Below, piece after piece: positions 51,066-63,745 of a stretch of 64,000 nucleotides of DNA. Source of the stretch: Lama glama. Lineage: Eukaryota. The translations under genes and the position numbers were made by a program. A model generated the notes under the pieces. The model did no database searches, was not told where the DNA came from, and was given only the letters and a program-made list of their open reading frames with translations. Where the stretch lies: positions 60,824,001 to 60,888,000 of the forward strand of contig CM052816.1 in NCBI GenBank assembly GCA_028534125.1. The letters are read 5' to 3'. Every line of letters starts with the position of its first letter. Position 1 is the first letter of the stretch.

Positions 51066-51859
51066 TTCTACATGTTTGATATGGGAATAGGGTCTCTTAG
51101 CATGTGTTCAATTTGACCCTTTGATTCAGAAGTCATCACATTAATTCTCCAGATAAATGGGAAGTGGATTCAAGGCAACTTGCTTTTAGGGAAGTATGAG
51201 AGTAGAAGTATGAGGAAGGCACTCAGAATCTGTTTACTGTTAGAAAGACCAGAACCAGGAGAGGGACAACAGCAAAGCAGGAATCTGAAAGGTTTCATCT
51301 GCCTGGAAAAGCCCTTTTACAGCTACTTTACAATTATATTGTGCCCTCTAAAATCAGTTTTCAAAACATCATGGGTACAGCTTGACTTTGTAACTCCAAA
51401 CGCTTGAGGGAAAACTGTGCCAAAAGGCAGAAGTGTTTGATCCTCCGAGAGATAGTTATTAAGGGACCATTTGATGCAATAAATCAACAAACACTAAGCA
51501 ACTGGATACCTGATACCAGGGAAAGCTTGGAGAGACCTAGGGGCCAGCATGCAGGGAAACTGCTAATTGGAAATAGACAATCATAGGGTTTTTAAGCAGA
51601 CCAGTGACATCATGCTGCTACTTCATTTTTCTTTCTTTTTCTGCTTTGTGACAGAATTGAGGAAAGATACAAGGGACTTTTTAGTTGTTCAGGAATGCCA
51701 GGAAGGTTAAGTCAGGTAATCCCTCTCATTAGCAAACAGCTTATGGGGAAAAATATTTTATGGTTCTAACAGAAGAGTGGTGGAGGGCTAGAAAGTGCAA
51801 CTGCAAAAACAAACAAACAAAAAAACACTGACGCTAACCAAAAGCCCCTGAAACAACTA

Positions 51860-51997
51860 CCACAATGCAGATTCCTGCTTCCGCCTAGAGTGCTCCACTC
51901 AGTGGGTCTGGGGCGGGGCCTAGGGGCCTGTGTGTTGACAGGCACCCCCCAGATTCTGATATGAAAGATCGCAAAAATGCACTTTGAGAAACACTAG
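51860..51997. mobile_element. hAT-Charlie MITE (MER5A-like)
   Basis: aatgcagattcctg...cagtgggtctggggcggggcc...gattctgat...cactttgagaaacact. Confidence 0.8.
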
Positions 51998-52235
51998 ATT
52001 AAATTGTGGAACAAGTTATAGCTTAGGTGATAGTATATATTTCAGTTTAGCACTAAAATGTGGTTGAACTTTTAAATAAAATAATTAGTGGATACAGTTT
52101 CTTTCACTGAAACAAAGGCAAAAAAAAAAGAAAGAAAGAATGGAAAGCTACACTAACCAGAATTCTCGGTTACCCACACCTGTGAGACAGGAGTACTATA
52201 AAGCATCTCCTCCAGTCTCCTCCACTACTTTAGTA

Positions 52236-52412
52236 CAGTGGTTCTCACCCCTAACTGCACATTAGAATCACCTGGGGCACTTATTAAAAATACCAATGCC
52301 TGGGTTACCTCAGCCAATTAAATCTGACCATCTGGAAATGGAACCCAGGCATCAACAATTTTTAAGAGCTCACCAAGCAATACTGTGTGCAGACAAGGTC
52401 AAGAACCAGTGG
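52236..52412. mobile_element. hAT-Charlie MITE (MER5B-like)
   Basis: cagtggttctca...gcacattagaatcacctgggg...agaaccagtg with terminal inverted repeats. Confidence 0.85.
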
Positions 52413-53429
52413 CTCTAATGGGAACTGAAGGGCTAGTCTTGCAAAACCAATCCTGGAAGGCGAAAACAAATATTGCTTCCTTAAATGGCACTCAGGATGG
52501 ACCTCAGAAATAGACATCTGGTGGAAAGACGAGTATTTCAGAATGTACCTTGAAAGCAAGCTGATTTGGAATTCACAAACATTGGTTTTGCAGGTAGGAC
52601 TCTTTCAGAAGTAATACTAGGCAGGCAACTTTTGTTCCAACGTCCTATGGCTTCTAAGAGGACATTACAGCTCCATTCTCCGTTAGTTATCAGCTGCAGT
52701 TGCAAATTAGCCCAGTCGTCACCATTGATTAAGCAGTATATTTCAAAGTCTCTCTATTCATCAGGAAAGGGATCCCACCACACAACAGATTAACAGATTA
52801 TTTTAGTGATGCGTGAGTGTTTTTCATCAGGTTAGCAAAATGCTTTATGGGTATAGTTTAGCCAAGCGATGGCCCCTGATACTGACAAAAGAAGGCTGCC
52901 AGAGCCTCTCGCACACCCACTCCTGACCCTCATGGTTGGTAAAGGCAGGAAATTCACCCCACAGACCCCTGGTATCGTTGCCATTACCTCTGTCTCCTTC
53001 ATCCTTTCCACCTCCTCTTACACTCCAAGGAGAGCATAAATTCTGTTTTTTTCCTGGACAACAATATTCAAATTCTCTTTCTCAGTGTTGCTTTTCTGAA
53101 TGAAACAAGCTCCAAAACTTTGAACCCTGTTCTTCCCAAAGTCTCCTGCTGTCGTGGAAGTATTTTGATAAGCTTCCTCTGTCCTCTCCCTCCTTTCGCA
53201 TCACAAGAAGAGCCAGTCAAGCAATCATCTAGATGATGGTGTGCCTTGGGAAGGGGTACAGCTGGCAGCAGAGGGACCAGGACTCCTCTGCTCTTGCCCT
53301 GAAATCTCCAGCACCAGATCTTTGATTCTTGGCCAGCTTTGTAGAAGCAGCCTGGCTAGAATGGCATTTCTTGTTGCCCCCTCACCATTGCACTGCAGGG
53401 AGCAGCTGGGTGTGATGGGGTGGGGGAGG

Positions 53430-53650
53430 GGAGTGTCAGAGCCCAGGAACCTGAAGATGCAAGTCAGCGTTACAACCCCGCCTTCTACCCAGATGACCTT
53501 GGGCAAGCTATTTAACCTCTCTGAGCTTCCATTTCCTTTTCTGTGAAACCGACATAAAAACATCCACCCTGCCCTCCTTAACAGATGGCTGTGAGAATAA
53601 AGCGAGGTGATGGATGTGAAAGTGCTCAGTAAATTGTAAAGTCTGATATA
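53430..53650 (+). mobile_element. MIR SINE
   Basis: tgaccttgggcaagctatttaacctctctgagcttccatttcc...gtgaaagtgct. Confidence 0.8.
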
Positions 53651-54456
53651 ACACCAAAGTTTTATCATTAGACTGTGTGATCCATGCTCCCCTGAATTCT
53701 ATTCTTCACCACAAAGAAAGCTGTCAACATCAAATGCACAATTGAAGCGTCCCTCTGGGACACGCGACAAGTTCTCCTTCCTACTGTCTGAATTACTGAT
53801 GGGGACAGATATTCCCAAGGCATAGAAAATTCTGCTGGCCTTGGTCCCCAGGGAGCTGTCACAGAAAATATGACAAGGAAGCCTAGAGAAAGAGAAAGGG
53901 ATTAAGGGGCATCAGAGAGAGGGGTTTTGTTTTAGCAAAGACCTTTCCTATAGCGCCTTGAAGCCAGGACGGGCTCCTCACTCTCCTGAGACGGTTTACA
54001 TGGTGGCCCTGTCTGAAGGCCACAGAGATCTCTAGGAGAGCCTCACTCTTTCTGAGGAGCCTAAATTATAAGCAAGCAATCAAGTTTCCAGTTTTTCACA
54101 TTGTGCTTGATCAGCCAAAACGCATCAGAGAGCAAATACTCCACCAGTGTCGACAACAGAATCATGCACATTTTTACCACATCGTTTTAATAGCAAATGG
54201 AATGTGAATTCACTTGCCACATGGAGGATGGGCCAGAGGAATTATCCCTATCCAGAGAATAAGCTGGCTTACTGTCAAATAGGATGAAGCTACGTTCCTA
54301 AGAATGAATGTCACATTAAACGTAAAAGGTTCAGGAAAAAATAATGATGTGGAAAATGTATACAGTACAAATAGAGTTTTAAAATATTAATAGAATGAGG
54401 GGAAATGCAACGGTTGGGAAATTCTCCAACGCAATTGTTCTAAGAAGCTTGATATT

Positions 54457-54476
54457 TAGTGACATCTAGTGGCGTC
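54457..54476 (-). promoter_or_regulatory. Candidate CTCF binding site
   Basis: Reverse complement gacgCCACTAGATGTCACTA has one mismatch to CCASYAGRKGGCRS. Confidence 0.55.
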
Positions 54477-55319
54477 AGGTATGAAAGACTTCCTGGGTAA
54501 ATAACGTATGAAATCAAAAACAATGAACTCACCAAACTTGCCTATTGGTCCGAACAACAGTTTTTTGGTTTGTTTTGCAATTCTTGCTTCCCTTGCCCTT
54601 TCCCCGTGAACCAGGACTTGAAGAACCACATCCGATGGCAGAATATGGTAACAGTCACAGAGAAGAGAAGATCTTCAGGCCTGCGGTATTTCATTTTTAT
54701 TAAAGTCGGTGCTAACAGAAGCTTGCTTCCTTAAGACACAGTAGATGGTTGTAGCAGCAAGTATATGGCATGTGCGTGGGCCAGTGATCCAAAATACATT
54801 GCCTGGTACAGGCCTGGTTTAGCAGACCAGATGTTAAAGAGACAGTGGCACCAAAGTTTAACCTCATTCAAAGAATGAACAGCATATTACCTTTTAAAAT
54901 AGTAAGACTTCTCAAAGATGCTGCTATCCCCAAATGGTAGCCTTTCTGCCTTATACCCACTGGGCTTACTGTTCTTTTGTATTATACCATCCAAACCTGA
55001 CTAGCATAAACTGCATCTTACAGGCCCTCCTGGACAATGAAGTAGCAAGACAATACCTTTCCAACGTGTCTTCAAAAACTCAAAGTGTTCAAATGGCTAC
55101 AAGCTTCAGTTTCTGAGACACTCTTTCCTACAAGGCTTGTATGATCAAGAAGCCAGTGAAGGCCTCTGAGTAAATCAGCAGTAACAGGAGCGAGGGTCAC
55201 TAAGTAGACAAAGAAAACGCTCACTTGGGACTTGCCTCAAGCACAGGAAACAGTCTTTTCTTTACTTCCCATTCTCGCCCCCTTTGAAAATTCTCCTGGG
55301 ATTTTGCCTAAGTACTTGT

Positions 55320-55341
55320 TCATTCATTCATTCATTCATTC
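55320..55341 (+). repeat. (CATT)n microsatellite
   Basis: Five CATT units. Confidence 0.9.
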
Positions 55342-56079
55342 ACTCAAATAATCCAAGACCAAGATCAGTAGAGAAATGAGAACTTTATGAGACTTTCTTG
55401 TCTTAGTCATTGAATTTATTGGATGAGGTATCTTTTATTCCCAAGTTAAAAGTACAATTTGAGTTTGAATAAGCTGATAATTCTTTAGTCCCTTGCATCA
55501 CACCGTACAAGATGTGGACACCTCAGAAGACACCTTGTCCTAGATGTCATCCAGGCTGATTCTGGTTCTCAGGAGAGCCCCCTGGTGTTCAGGAGCAGTA
55601 TCTGCACCAAGAGGAGCTCCCTGCTGCTAGATCCAGACTGCAGCCCAGCCCTAGGGAAAACTTCAGTGCTCAGTGCCAGGATCAGAACTGGGAGTGAGAG
55701 GGAGGAGGAGGCATGGCTGAGGCTGGGGGATCCTGCAGTCTCCAGCACACTCAACATCAGGGAGTTCACAGATGGAAAGACTGCTACCCACAGACCCACA
55801 GGAATAAAGGGAAAGTTATGCGTTTACCTGTCAGTAGGCATCTTCCTCCCAACCTTGGTTCCATAGCTCTCAAAACTATTAGGAAAAGCAGCCTGAGAAA
55901 TGCCCAGCTACTTGTGCGAAATATTCGCATGCCTTGCTCCATGACTCCATTTATGTATCGGCTTGAATATTTCCTCCTTAGAATGCTCTTTCCTGACCAT
56001 CTCAAGTCCCCATCCTGCTTACTGCCAGAGCCCTCTCTGACTCATATTCCTCGTTGCCATTAGAACTGCCGCCCCTTCT

Positions 56080-57045
56080 CCCCCCCACCCCCTTCTCATC
56101 CAGGACCTGTTGACTGTTTCTTCTAAATCTCCCTCTGATTGGTCCCTTCTGCTCCAGGCCCTCCATCTCTTCCTTAGTTTAGACTCTCACTGAGTTTCTC
56201 ACTTGGCTATGGAAAGAACCTCCCTGCTTTCAAGCTTGCCTCCTCCAATTTATTCTCTGCACCAGGCCAGAACAGTCTTTTTTTTTTTAATATATTTTTA
56301 TTGACGTATAGTCAGTTCACAATGTTGTGTCAATACTTCAGTCATATAGAAACATACATATATTCATTTCATATTATTTTTCACCACAAGTTACTGTAAG
56401 ATATTGAGTATAGTTCCCTGTGCTATACAGTATAAAGTTGTTTATCTATTTTATATGTATTAGTCAGTATCTGCAAATCTTGAACTCCTAATTTATCCCT
56501 GTCCACCCCCTTCCCCTCCTGGTAACCGTAAGTTTGTTTTGTATGTCTGTGAGTCCGGAATAGGCTTTCTAGTCCTGTCCCCCCAAGCCCTCCCACCTCC
56601 TAAACTTCCTGCCAGGTACAGGATGAAGTCTAAGTCTCTCCAGGACCTGGATCCTAGGCCCTTATCCCTCCCCATCCCCCATATGCTCTCACAGGTAGAG
56701 ATATTTTGGAACAGTCCACGGTTTTCCATGCCTCTGTGTCATTTCACATGCTGTTCCTTCTGACTAGGACGCCCATCTTCCTAGACTTCTACCCTCCTCC
56801 TCAGCCTCTTTCCCCATAGATTTAGTTGCTCCTTCCTCTGAGTTTTCGTAAAACTTTGCTCTGTCTCTCTTCAACAACTCTCTCACGTATTTCCCATAAT
56901 CGTCGTGTTCACCTACATGTCTCCTCCACTAGACTGTAAAAGCCTCAAGGGACAGGGCATTATTTTTATTATTCTTTGTACCTCCAGCACTTGGCACAGT
57001 ACCAGGCCCAGATTTAATGGTCAATAAGTGCTGGCTGAAAGAATA
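56080..57045 (+). mobile_element. L2 3' region, interrupted by a young L1
   Basis: ctccaatttattctctgcacc...ctccactagactgtaaaagcctcaagggacaggg...cagcacttggcacagtacc...tcaataagtgctggctgaa. Confidence 0.75.
56278..56555 (-). mobile_element. L1 3' UTR insertion (antisense)
   Basis: Poly-T followed by atttttattgacgtatagtcagtt.acaatgttgtg...tagttccctgtgctatacagt...tgtctgtgagtc. Diverged TSD cagaacagtcttt/cggaataggcttt. Confidence 0.92.
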
Positions 57046-57109
57046 AAAATTGTAAGGCATCGTTAAATCAACTACACAAAGAGATGTCTTTTTCAGCGTC
57101 AGAGCAGTC

Positions 57110-57640
57110 TAGTGACTGTGAACACCACCTCTCTATCTCAGTCTTCATTATTCAAGTATCTCTTCCCTAATCTTCTTCCTCCCTAAAAGAACCCTGATTT
57201 CCTTCAAGGAAACACTCCCTCCTCCATGCAGACCCTATGGGAAATCTGACCTTATTCTAAGCTTCAGAATGTGCCAAAGGTGATGTCATTTCCATCCCTT
57301 CCCAGTGATTGGTTCCAGACAGGCATTTGACTGAATTCAGACCCATGAAATATGAGAAAAGATTCTAGGGGACTTCTCAAGCTTCCAGAAGCAATCCTTG
57401 CTGTCTTTCTCTAGACATAGCCAAATGCTACACGCTCAAGAAGCCCACCCAGAGAGGCCAGCAAAGCCAAGAGCATCTCAGGGAAATGGGGCAAGAGCCC
57501 CTAGATTAAGCCAGCACTGAAGCCTGCCCTGTCTCTGAACTTCCAGTCATGTAGCACAATAAATATCTTTCCTGTTTAAGTCCTTTTGACTTCTTTATAC
57601 TGCTGCTTTTACTCATAATAAAATCGTCTCACCTGAAACA
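57110..57640 (+). mobile_element. MaLR LTR (MLT1I/J-like)
   Basis: aagaaccctgattt...cagtgattggttc...tctgaacttccagtcatgt...aataaat...tgtttaag...cacctgaaaca. Confidence 0.7.
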
Positions 57641-58169
57641 TACTCACAATAATATACATATATATATATTTGAAAAATATCACTTAATCGCTCATGCCCT
57701 GCTCAGTTCTCCAAAAGTAAACAGTATTCATATCACCCATGTTGTCTGACTTTGAAATAGAGCATAGATTAAGGAAAACTGGTAGAGCAACCAGTGTCAG
57801 CTCATCAAGTTTATGACACAATAAAATCAACTGACAGGTCCGGTCACGTTTTGACAAAACTTGTCTAATGGCTAATTTCCCAATGACCATAAGGGCAAAG
57901 GTATGTCATAACTGAGATCTGGTTCAAATTTCTATAATTGTTCACCATCCTATGCTTTCTTCCCTGGCTTAATTGCTACAGTATATTGCTATGTCCATCA
58001 CTCTTTTGATTGTCTTTTTAAAAAATTTAACCCTGAAATAATAATATTAATGGCTCTTGATCATCAAAAGAAGAGTACAGAGAAATGTGGAAAAAAACTT
58101 CAAAGCTAAGGGAATAAAAGCAAGCAAACCTGGGGCCCCCCGTTCAAAATGGTCTTAGACTGGTCAAAA

Positions 58170-59115
58170 TAACTTCCTGGATTGGTGTTCACTCAGGAAA
58201 ATGAAGCCTCCCACCCCCTGGATATTTTGAGGATAAAAATATCTAACGCGGAATTGGTTGGAGAGGTGGTACAAGGGCCGGAAGAACAGATGAGAAAAGG
58301 TGTGGTGTGGTTGAAGGGGCTGGAAGGGGACGGGGCTGTACCCAAATACCAGAAGGATGCTCCGCCCCGTGCCCCCGCAGTATGGGTGTATGCACAGTTG
58401 GCTTTCCTGCTGGAGGAGCTGTCAACGCTGCTTCTGCAGTCAGGAGCCAAAGAGCCCCTACACCTGCTGATGTCCCTGAAGCTGCCACCACGCGTCTGGA
58501 GCCACAGCTGCCTGCAGTCGTAATCAGCCCCTCGCCGCTGGTAGCAGTGGGCCACTGGAGTTGAAGAGATGACTCCTCTCCACCACCTGATGTTCAGCGA
58601 CTTCCTGTGGCACGCTGGCTGGCCCAAAAAGGGGGAGTGTGGTTTGCAGACTTAAGCCCCCATGTAAGCAAAGAGAACCTGGAAGGGGGAGTGTGGCACT
58701 TTCCCGCCCATGCCATTAGGAGTCACAGTGAGAAGGACAAGACGGCGTGGGAATGTTCAAGACCATTCGATGTGCTTGTGCAAGGGAACCCCAGAATGCA
58801 AGGAGAGGAGCTCAGAACTGTAAGGAGGGAGGGAGGGGGTCGAAATACGAAGATAACTCCTGCAAGGCTAGGACGCGGCGGCGCGTTACTTCCTGCTAGG
58901 CAGGCACACTCACTGACGCGTGGAGCTGGAAGCAGCGCTCCAGAGAGTGGCTCGCTGCCTCTACCTTGCCTGCCAACCCACAAACAGGAACATTTTCCTT
59001 CCTTCCATTTTCTTTAGCCTGCCTTCCATTCTCTCCAGAGGACCCCACACCTTATCTTTTTCAACCAATCCTGCAGTGCCTTCAAAGTATGCCCTCAGTG
59101 GAGCCGGAAGGGCAG
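58170..59115. promoter_or_regulatory. Candidate enhancer or promoter (ETS/RUNX/E2F-rich, locally CpG-enriched)
   Basis: Three ACTTCCTG, two CCGGAAG, three TGTGGT, one TTTCCCGC and one TGACG, in sequence with no repeat I recognise. Confidence 0.5.
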
Positions 59116-60409
59116 GGTTGGGTCTTTCGAGCCTCCCTAGCAAACAAGTCAAATAAATCTGCCTCTTGTTACTGCTGACCATTCTTACAGCAAAAGCAGA
59201 GTGTTACTCTGCTAAGAGAGTCTCTGTGTTTTTCTCTCATTTTCCCAAGACCATCATCCAAGTGAGAAGCGGATATCCTGGAGCAAGTTTGTTTACCAGA
59301 CCTGGTTTGGAAAGACGTCTGGTGGCTCACACCACACCTCTTATTCCTGAATGTACTGCTTTAAGGCATCCATGGAAGAGCCCTGCTCATCTCCGCCTGC
59401 GCACAAATACCATGTCCCTAGTCAGCAATGGGTTCCAACAAAAGAATACCCCCTCTTCCTGATTTCTGCATGAAAGCTGGGAAGTTAAGCCGAAGCACTA
59501 AAGTCGTGCTAGTCAAGGATCACCTCCAGGCTAATGGATGCTAAAGTCAATGTGTGTATGGTCATGAATATTTCATTCAACTCCCAAATTCTCCCAGAGG
59601 CCAATGGTGAGCAAAGACTACAAAATGTAGGCACGATGCCTTCCTTGCTTATTTCACAGAAACCACCTGGCAGAAAATAAAATCCTACTTAGCCAGCCTC
59701 CCGCATTCCCCCAGCCCTAGCATCCAGGCCCAGACCCACCCCATCAGAAAGGTGGGCATGGGGACCACAAAGCAGCAGGTGGCAGGTGTGTGGCCCCATG
59801 AAGAGGGGCACCATGAATTGTGAGCTCCACTTGGTCGTCTCCCTCCCTGTCCAGACACCAGCTGCTCTCACAGTGCCTCATGGAAAGGGATGGACAAGGG
59901 GGAGAGAGACAACTGTGTACACAGGGCACGCATGCTCCCTGTGTGGATGCAGAATAAACCAGCATCTGAACAAGAACTTTTTAGGATACTGAAAAGGCCA
60001 TTTGACATCATCGGCTCTTGCAGTAGCCCACCAGGTTATCTGAAATGTCCATGATTCATGACATCACTTCAGGGCCCCAGAATGTTTTCACAGGAACCAA
60101 GGGAAACACATTCATGGGCCACGGTATTGCTAGTGGGTAAACTTCAGTGATTACAAATGACTGGCCATCTCCAACACGGATTTATTTGACAGACCCAGCC
60201 CTACTTATTCCCTCATGGCCCAGAGACTAGGAGAGCCCCAAGGGTCAACAGGGAAAGGTGTAATAGTGTAACAGAGTGGCGATGAGTACAGGTTCTAGAG
60301 GCAGAAAGCCCTAATTTTGATCCTTGCCTTTTCCACTTACTGCTGTGTAATCCTGAGTCATTTACTTACTCCTGGTTTCAGTTTCTTGACCTGTAAGATT
60401 AAGATATTA

Positions 60410-61011
60410 GTAAACAGGCAGAATTCCAAGATGGTCCCAATATCCACACCCCCTGGTGAACATGCCCTGCATAATCCCTGGGACTGAGAATATAATGATG
60501 TGGTTGGGTTATGCTATGTGGCACAGTTGACTAAAAGAAAGGGAGAGTAAGTGGGTGGGCTTGACCTAATCAAGAGAGCCCTCTAAAAACAGCATTTTCT
60601 GCAGTTAGTCACAGAGAAAGAAGTCAGAGAGATGCCCACCCCTGCTGGCCTGGAAGAAGAAACAACAGCCATGTCATGAACTGCCTATGAGGGCCAAGTG
60701 GCAAAGAATGAGGTGTCACTGAGAGTGACTCCTGACTGACAGCCAACCAGAAAATGGGGCTCTTAGCCCTATTATCTATAAACTGAATTCAACCAACAAC
60801 CTTAATGAGCTTGGAAGCAGATGCTTCCCCAAAGCCTCTTAGAAAGGAACACAACCCTGCTATTCCCTTGCTTTCAGGCTTATAAAACCCTGAGCAGAAG
60901 ACACACACATGCCATGCCCAGATTTCTGACCTACAGAAGATAATCGATGGGTGTTGTCATAAGCCACTAAGCTTGCGCTAATTTACTGTGGGGCAATAGG
61001 AAACCCATACA
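60410..61011 (+). mobile_element. MaLR solo LTR (MLT1E-like) inserted into a MIR
   Basis: aggcagaattccaagatgg...ccccctggtg...tgacagccaaccagaaaatgggg...gagcttggaagcagat...gatttctgacctacagaa...gcaataggaaacccataca. MIR halves lie on both sides (60260-60410, 61012-61120). Confidence 0.88.
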
Positions 61012-61299
61012 AGCATCAATTCTGTAAGCTTTCAGCGAGAGGAGACATACATGTAAAGCATTTACCACAGTTTCTGGCACGTAGTCATCACTCAGTGAAT
61101 TTTAAGATTATCATCATTCATGGGAAATCCACAGAGCACTGAGAAAAAAGACAAAACTCTACAGTGTTAAATTCTTATCTTGGAAAAATTACTTAACCTC
61201 CCTGAGTCTCAGCTTCCCCATTAGTAAAATGAAACAGCAGAGTCAATAATGATATTGGTTAGTACAGAGTCTCACAGATAGTAGCTCCTTTCATGACTC

Positions 61300-61460
61300 C
61301 ACCGACACAGGAAGGTAACACACCTATTCCTATTTTAGACATGAGGACACTGAGAGTTGGAGAGGTTAAGTGGCTTGCCTACAATCGCACTTATACGGCA
61401 GAGTGAGGTCTCAAACCCAGGCTGTCTGAGTCCAAGTCTTGTGTTCCTTCCAACTACACC
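61300..61460 (-). mobile_element. MIR SINE
   Basis: cctattttagacatgaggacactgag...gaggttaagtggcttgcc...caaacccaggctgtctgagtcca. Confidence 0.8.
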
Positions 61461-61576
61461 TTATTCCCTCAAGAACACTTGTAGTTCTGGAAGTGTGTGG
61501 TTCCAATAGCTGGATTTATCACACTAACTGCTTCCATTCTCTTCTCCTCATGAGCAACATCCACCCAACCACAGTT

Positions 61577-61983
61577 TGGTAGAAAGGGTTCTCCAGAGAA
61601 ACAGAACCAAAGGAGATACCTGTGTGAGTATTTAGATAGAGAGGTGATTTATTTTAAGGAATTGGTTTACACAACTATGGAGGTCCAAGTCCAAAATCTG
61701 CAGGGTAGATCAGCAGACTGGTGACAAGTTGATGTCGCAGCTCAAATCCAAAGGCAGTCTGGAGCAGAATTCCTTTTTCCTCAGGGAGTAACAATCTTTT
61801 CCTAAGGCCTTCAACTGATAGGGTGAGGCCCACCCACATTTCGGAGGATAATCTGCTTTCTCAAAGTATACTGATATAAATCAATCTCATCCAGAAAATA
61901 CCGTCACAGCAACACCCAGATATGTTTGACCAAATATCTGGGTGCCGTGGCCTAGAGGAGTTGACATAAAATTGACCATCACA
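61577..61983 (-). mobile_element. ERVL solo LTR (MLT2D-like)
   Basis: agggttctccagagaaacagaacca...ttttaaggaattgg...gttgacataaaattgaccatcaca. Confidence 0.9.
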
Positions 61984-62751
61984 CACACTCACTGTCCTGT
62001 GTATTATAAGTTTCCTTACCCTTTGCTTGTTTACTTTCTCCACAACTTGCTTGTTGTGGAGTCTGTCTCACAGTGTGTGGGACCCCACGTGGAGGAAGCA
62101 GAAATGAGGTTGGGTTGGGAACTTTAGAGGGAACTTTAGAGGGAACTTGAGCCATTGACCAAGACTGGTTGCACAAACACACTGAGTGAGCGGAGACTCT
62201 CAGCACTTTATACTGGAGATCAGTTTCTAACAATCCACCAGGTAACAATTATAAAGCTCTGTCTCCATGGAAAACTTGGACACCTGCACATACATTTTCA
62301 GTTAGCTGTCATTTTATATTCTTTCCAAAGTGAAGAAGAAATAAAACGATAAAAGGAGTCAGAAAAAATAAGGATAGCCAAAACCATAAAGGTTAAGAAT
62401 TTGCATTCCTGATGCATTTGGAAATACCACCATCTTTAAAACTTGTATAAATTTTTCATTTAATCCAAAATTAACCTCCACATTGAGGTCTTCCAAGCAG
62501 GAATGCTTTAATTTAAATGATCACCCTCATAGTAGGACAGACAACTTATCCCCTCCCGCCCGATCCCCACGCTGGGTCTGAAACTTGCTAATTAAAGAAC
62601 TCATTTTTCAAACATTTTCTCGGCCACTGTTTATCAAGCTCCCTTTGGAAACTGGCAGCAGACTGGAGCTGCCTGGGACATGAAAAGTTCAGAAATAGCT
62701 TTCCAATTTCAAAATGCTTCTGGCTTAATTTCAAAGCACCGTCCCTATACT

Positions 62752-63124
62752 TATCATGGTTAATTTTATGTGACTTGGCTACGCCAGTGTCCAGATATTT
62801 GGTCAAATATTATTCTGCTTCTATGAGGGTGTTTTGGGGGGATGATTTTAACATTTAAAGGGGTAGACTTTGAGTAAAACAGACTGCCCTTCCTCATGTG
62901 AGTGGGCCTCATCTGATCAGCTGAAGTCCTGAATAGAACAAAAAGACTGACTTCTCCCGAACAAGAAGGAATTCTGCCAGCAGACGACCTTTGGACTTCA
63001 CCTGCCACATAACCCTTTCCTCCTGGTCACCAGCCCATTGGCCAGCTCCGCAGATTTTGGACTTGCCAACCTCCTCAATTGTGTGATCATCTTATTGGTT
63101 CTGTTTCTCTAGAGCATTAACACA
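62752..63124 (+). mobile_element. ERVL solo LTR (MLT2D-like)
   Basis: atggttaattttatgtg...ccagatatttggtcaaa...gggcctcatctgatcag..gaag...ttggttctgtttctctagag. Confidence 0.9.
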
Positions 63125-63397
63125 ACACTCAAGGCAATTCTTGAAGCATCAAATGCTGCAGGTCTAATTAAAGGTAACAGAAAGCGCAGGAGTAAAGGTC
63201 AGCAGGTAGGAGAAGAGAGAGTTTTTGGAGATTAAAGATCAGAGTTCAGCTTCAGATAAAAGAGAGAATTGAAATCGGCCAAGAAAAGGAGGAAAGGCAT
63301 AGGGAAAGGAAAAAAAGCACTCACAAGATTAACAATGGCTTCTAGATACTGAGCCCTGCCTCTGTACCAGGCTCTGTTAAGCTTTATAAAACTCCAT

Positions 63398-63745
63398 GAA
63401 TGGCCAAAATCCAAAACAATGACAACACCAAATGATGGCAAGGACACGGAGCGACGAAAACTCTCAGTCATTGGTGGTAGCAATACAAAATGGTACAGCC
63501 GCCTAGAAGACAGTTTGGCAGTTTCTTATAGAGCTCATCCTGGGCTTACCATATTTTCCAGCCATCCTGCTCCTGGGTATTTAACCAAATGAGTTGAAAA
63601 CATGTTCACACAAAAACTTGCACTTTGTTCATAAGTGTCAAAGATTGGAAGCAATCAAGATGTCATTCAGTATACAAATGGATAAGCCAACTGGCATAGT
63701 CTTATGATGGAATGTTATTCAGATAAGAAGAAATGAGCTATCATT
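63398..63745 (+). mobile_element. Old L1 (L1MB/MC-like) ORF2 3' fragment
   Basis: gaatggccaaaatccaaaac..tgacaacaccaaatg..ggcaagga...aaaatggtacagcc..ctagaagacagtttggcagtttctta. Confidence 0.88.

Noticed and set aside
58182..58627. Protein-coding exon (113-aa plus-strand or 144-aa minus-strand ORF)
   Set aside because: TTG starts, no recognisable family and no convincing splice sites; kept only as a regulatory candidate.
62119..62149. ggaactttagag x2.6 (also short tandems near 39497 and 42339) as CRISPR-like repeats
   Set aside because: Head-to-tail slippage duplications without spacers, in a mammalian genome.
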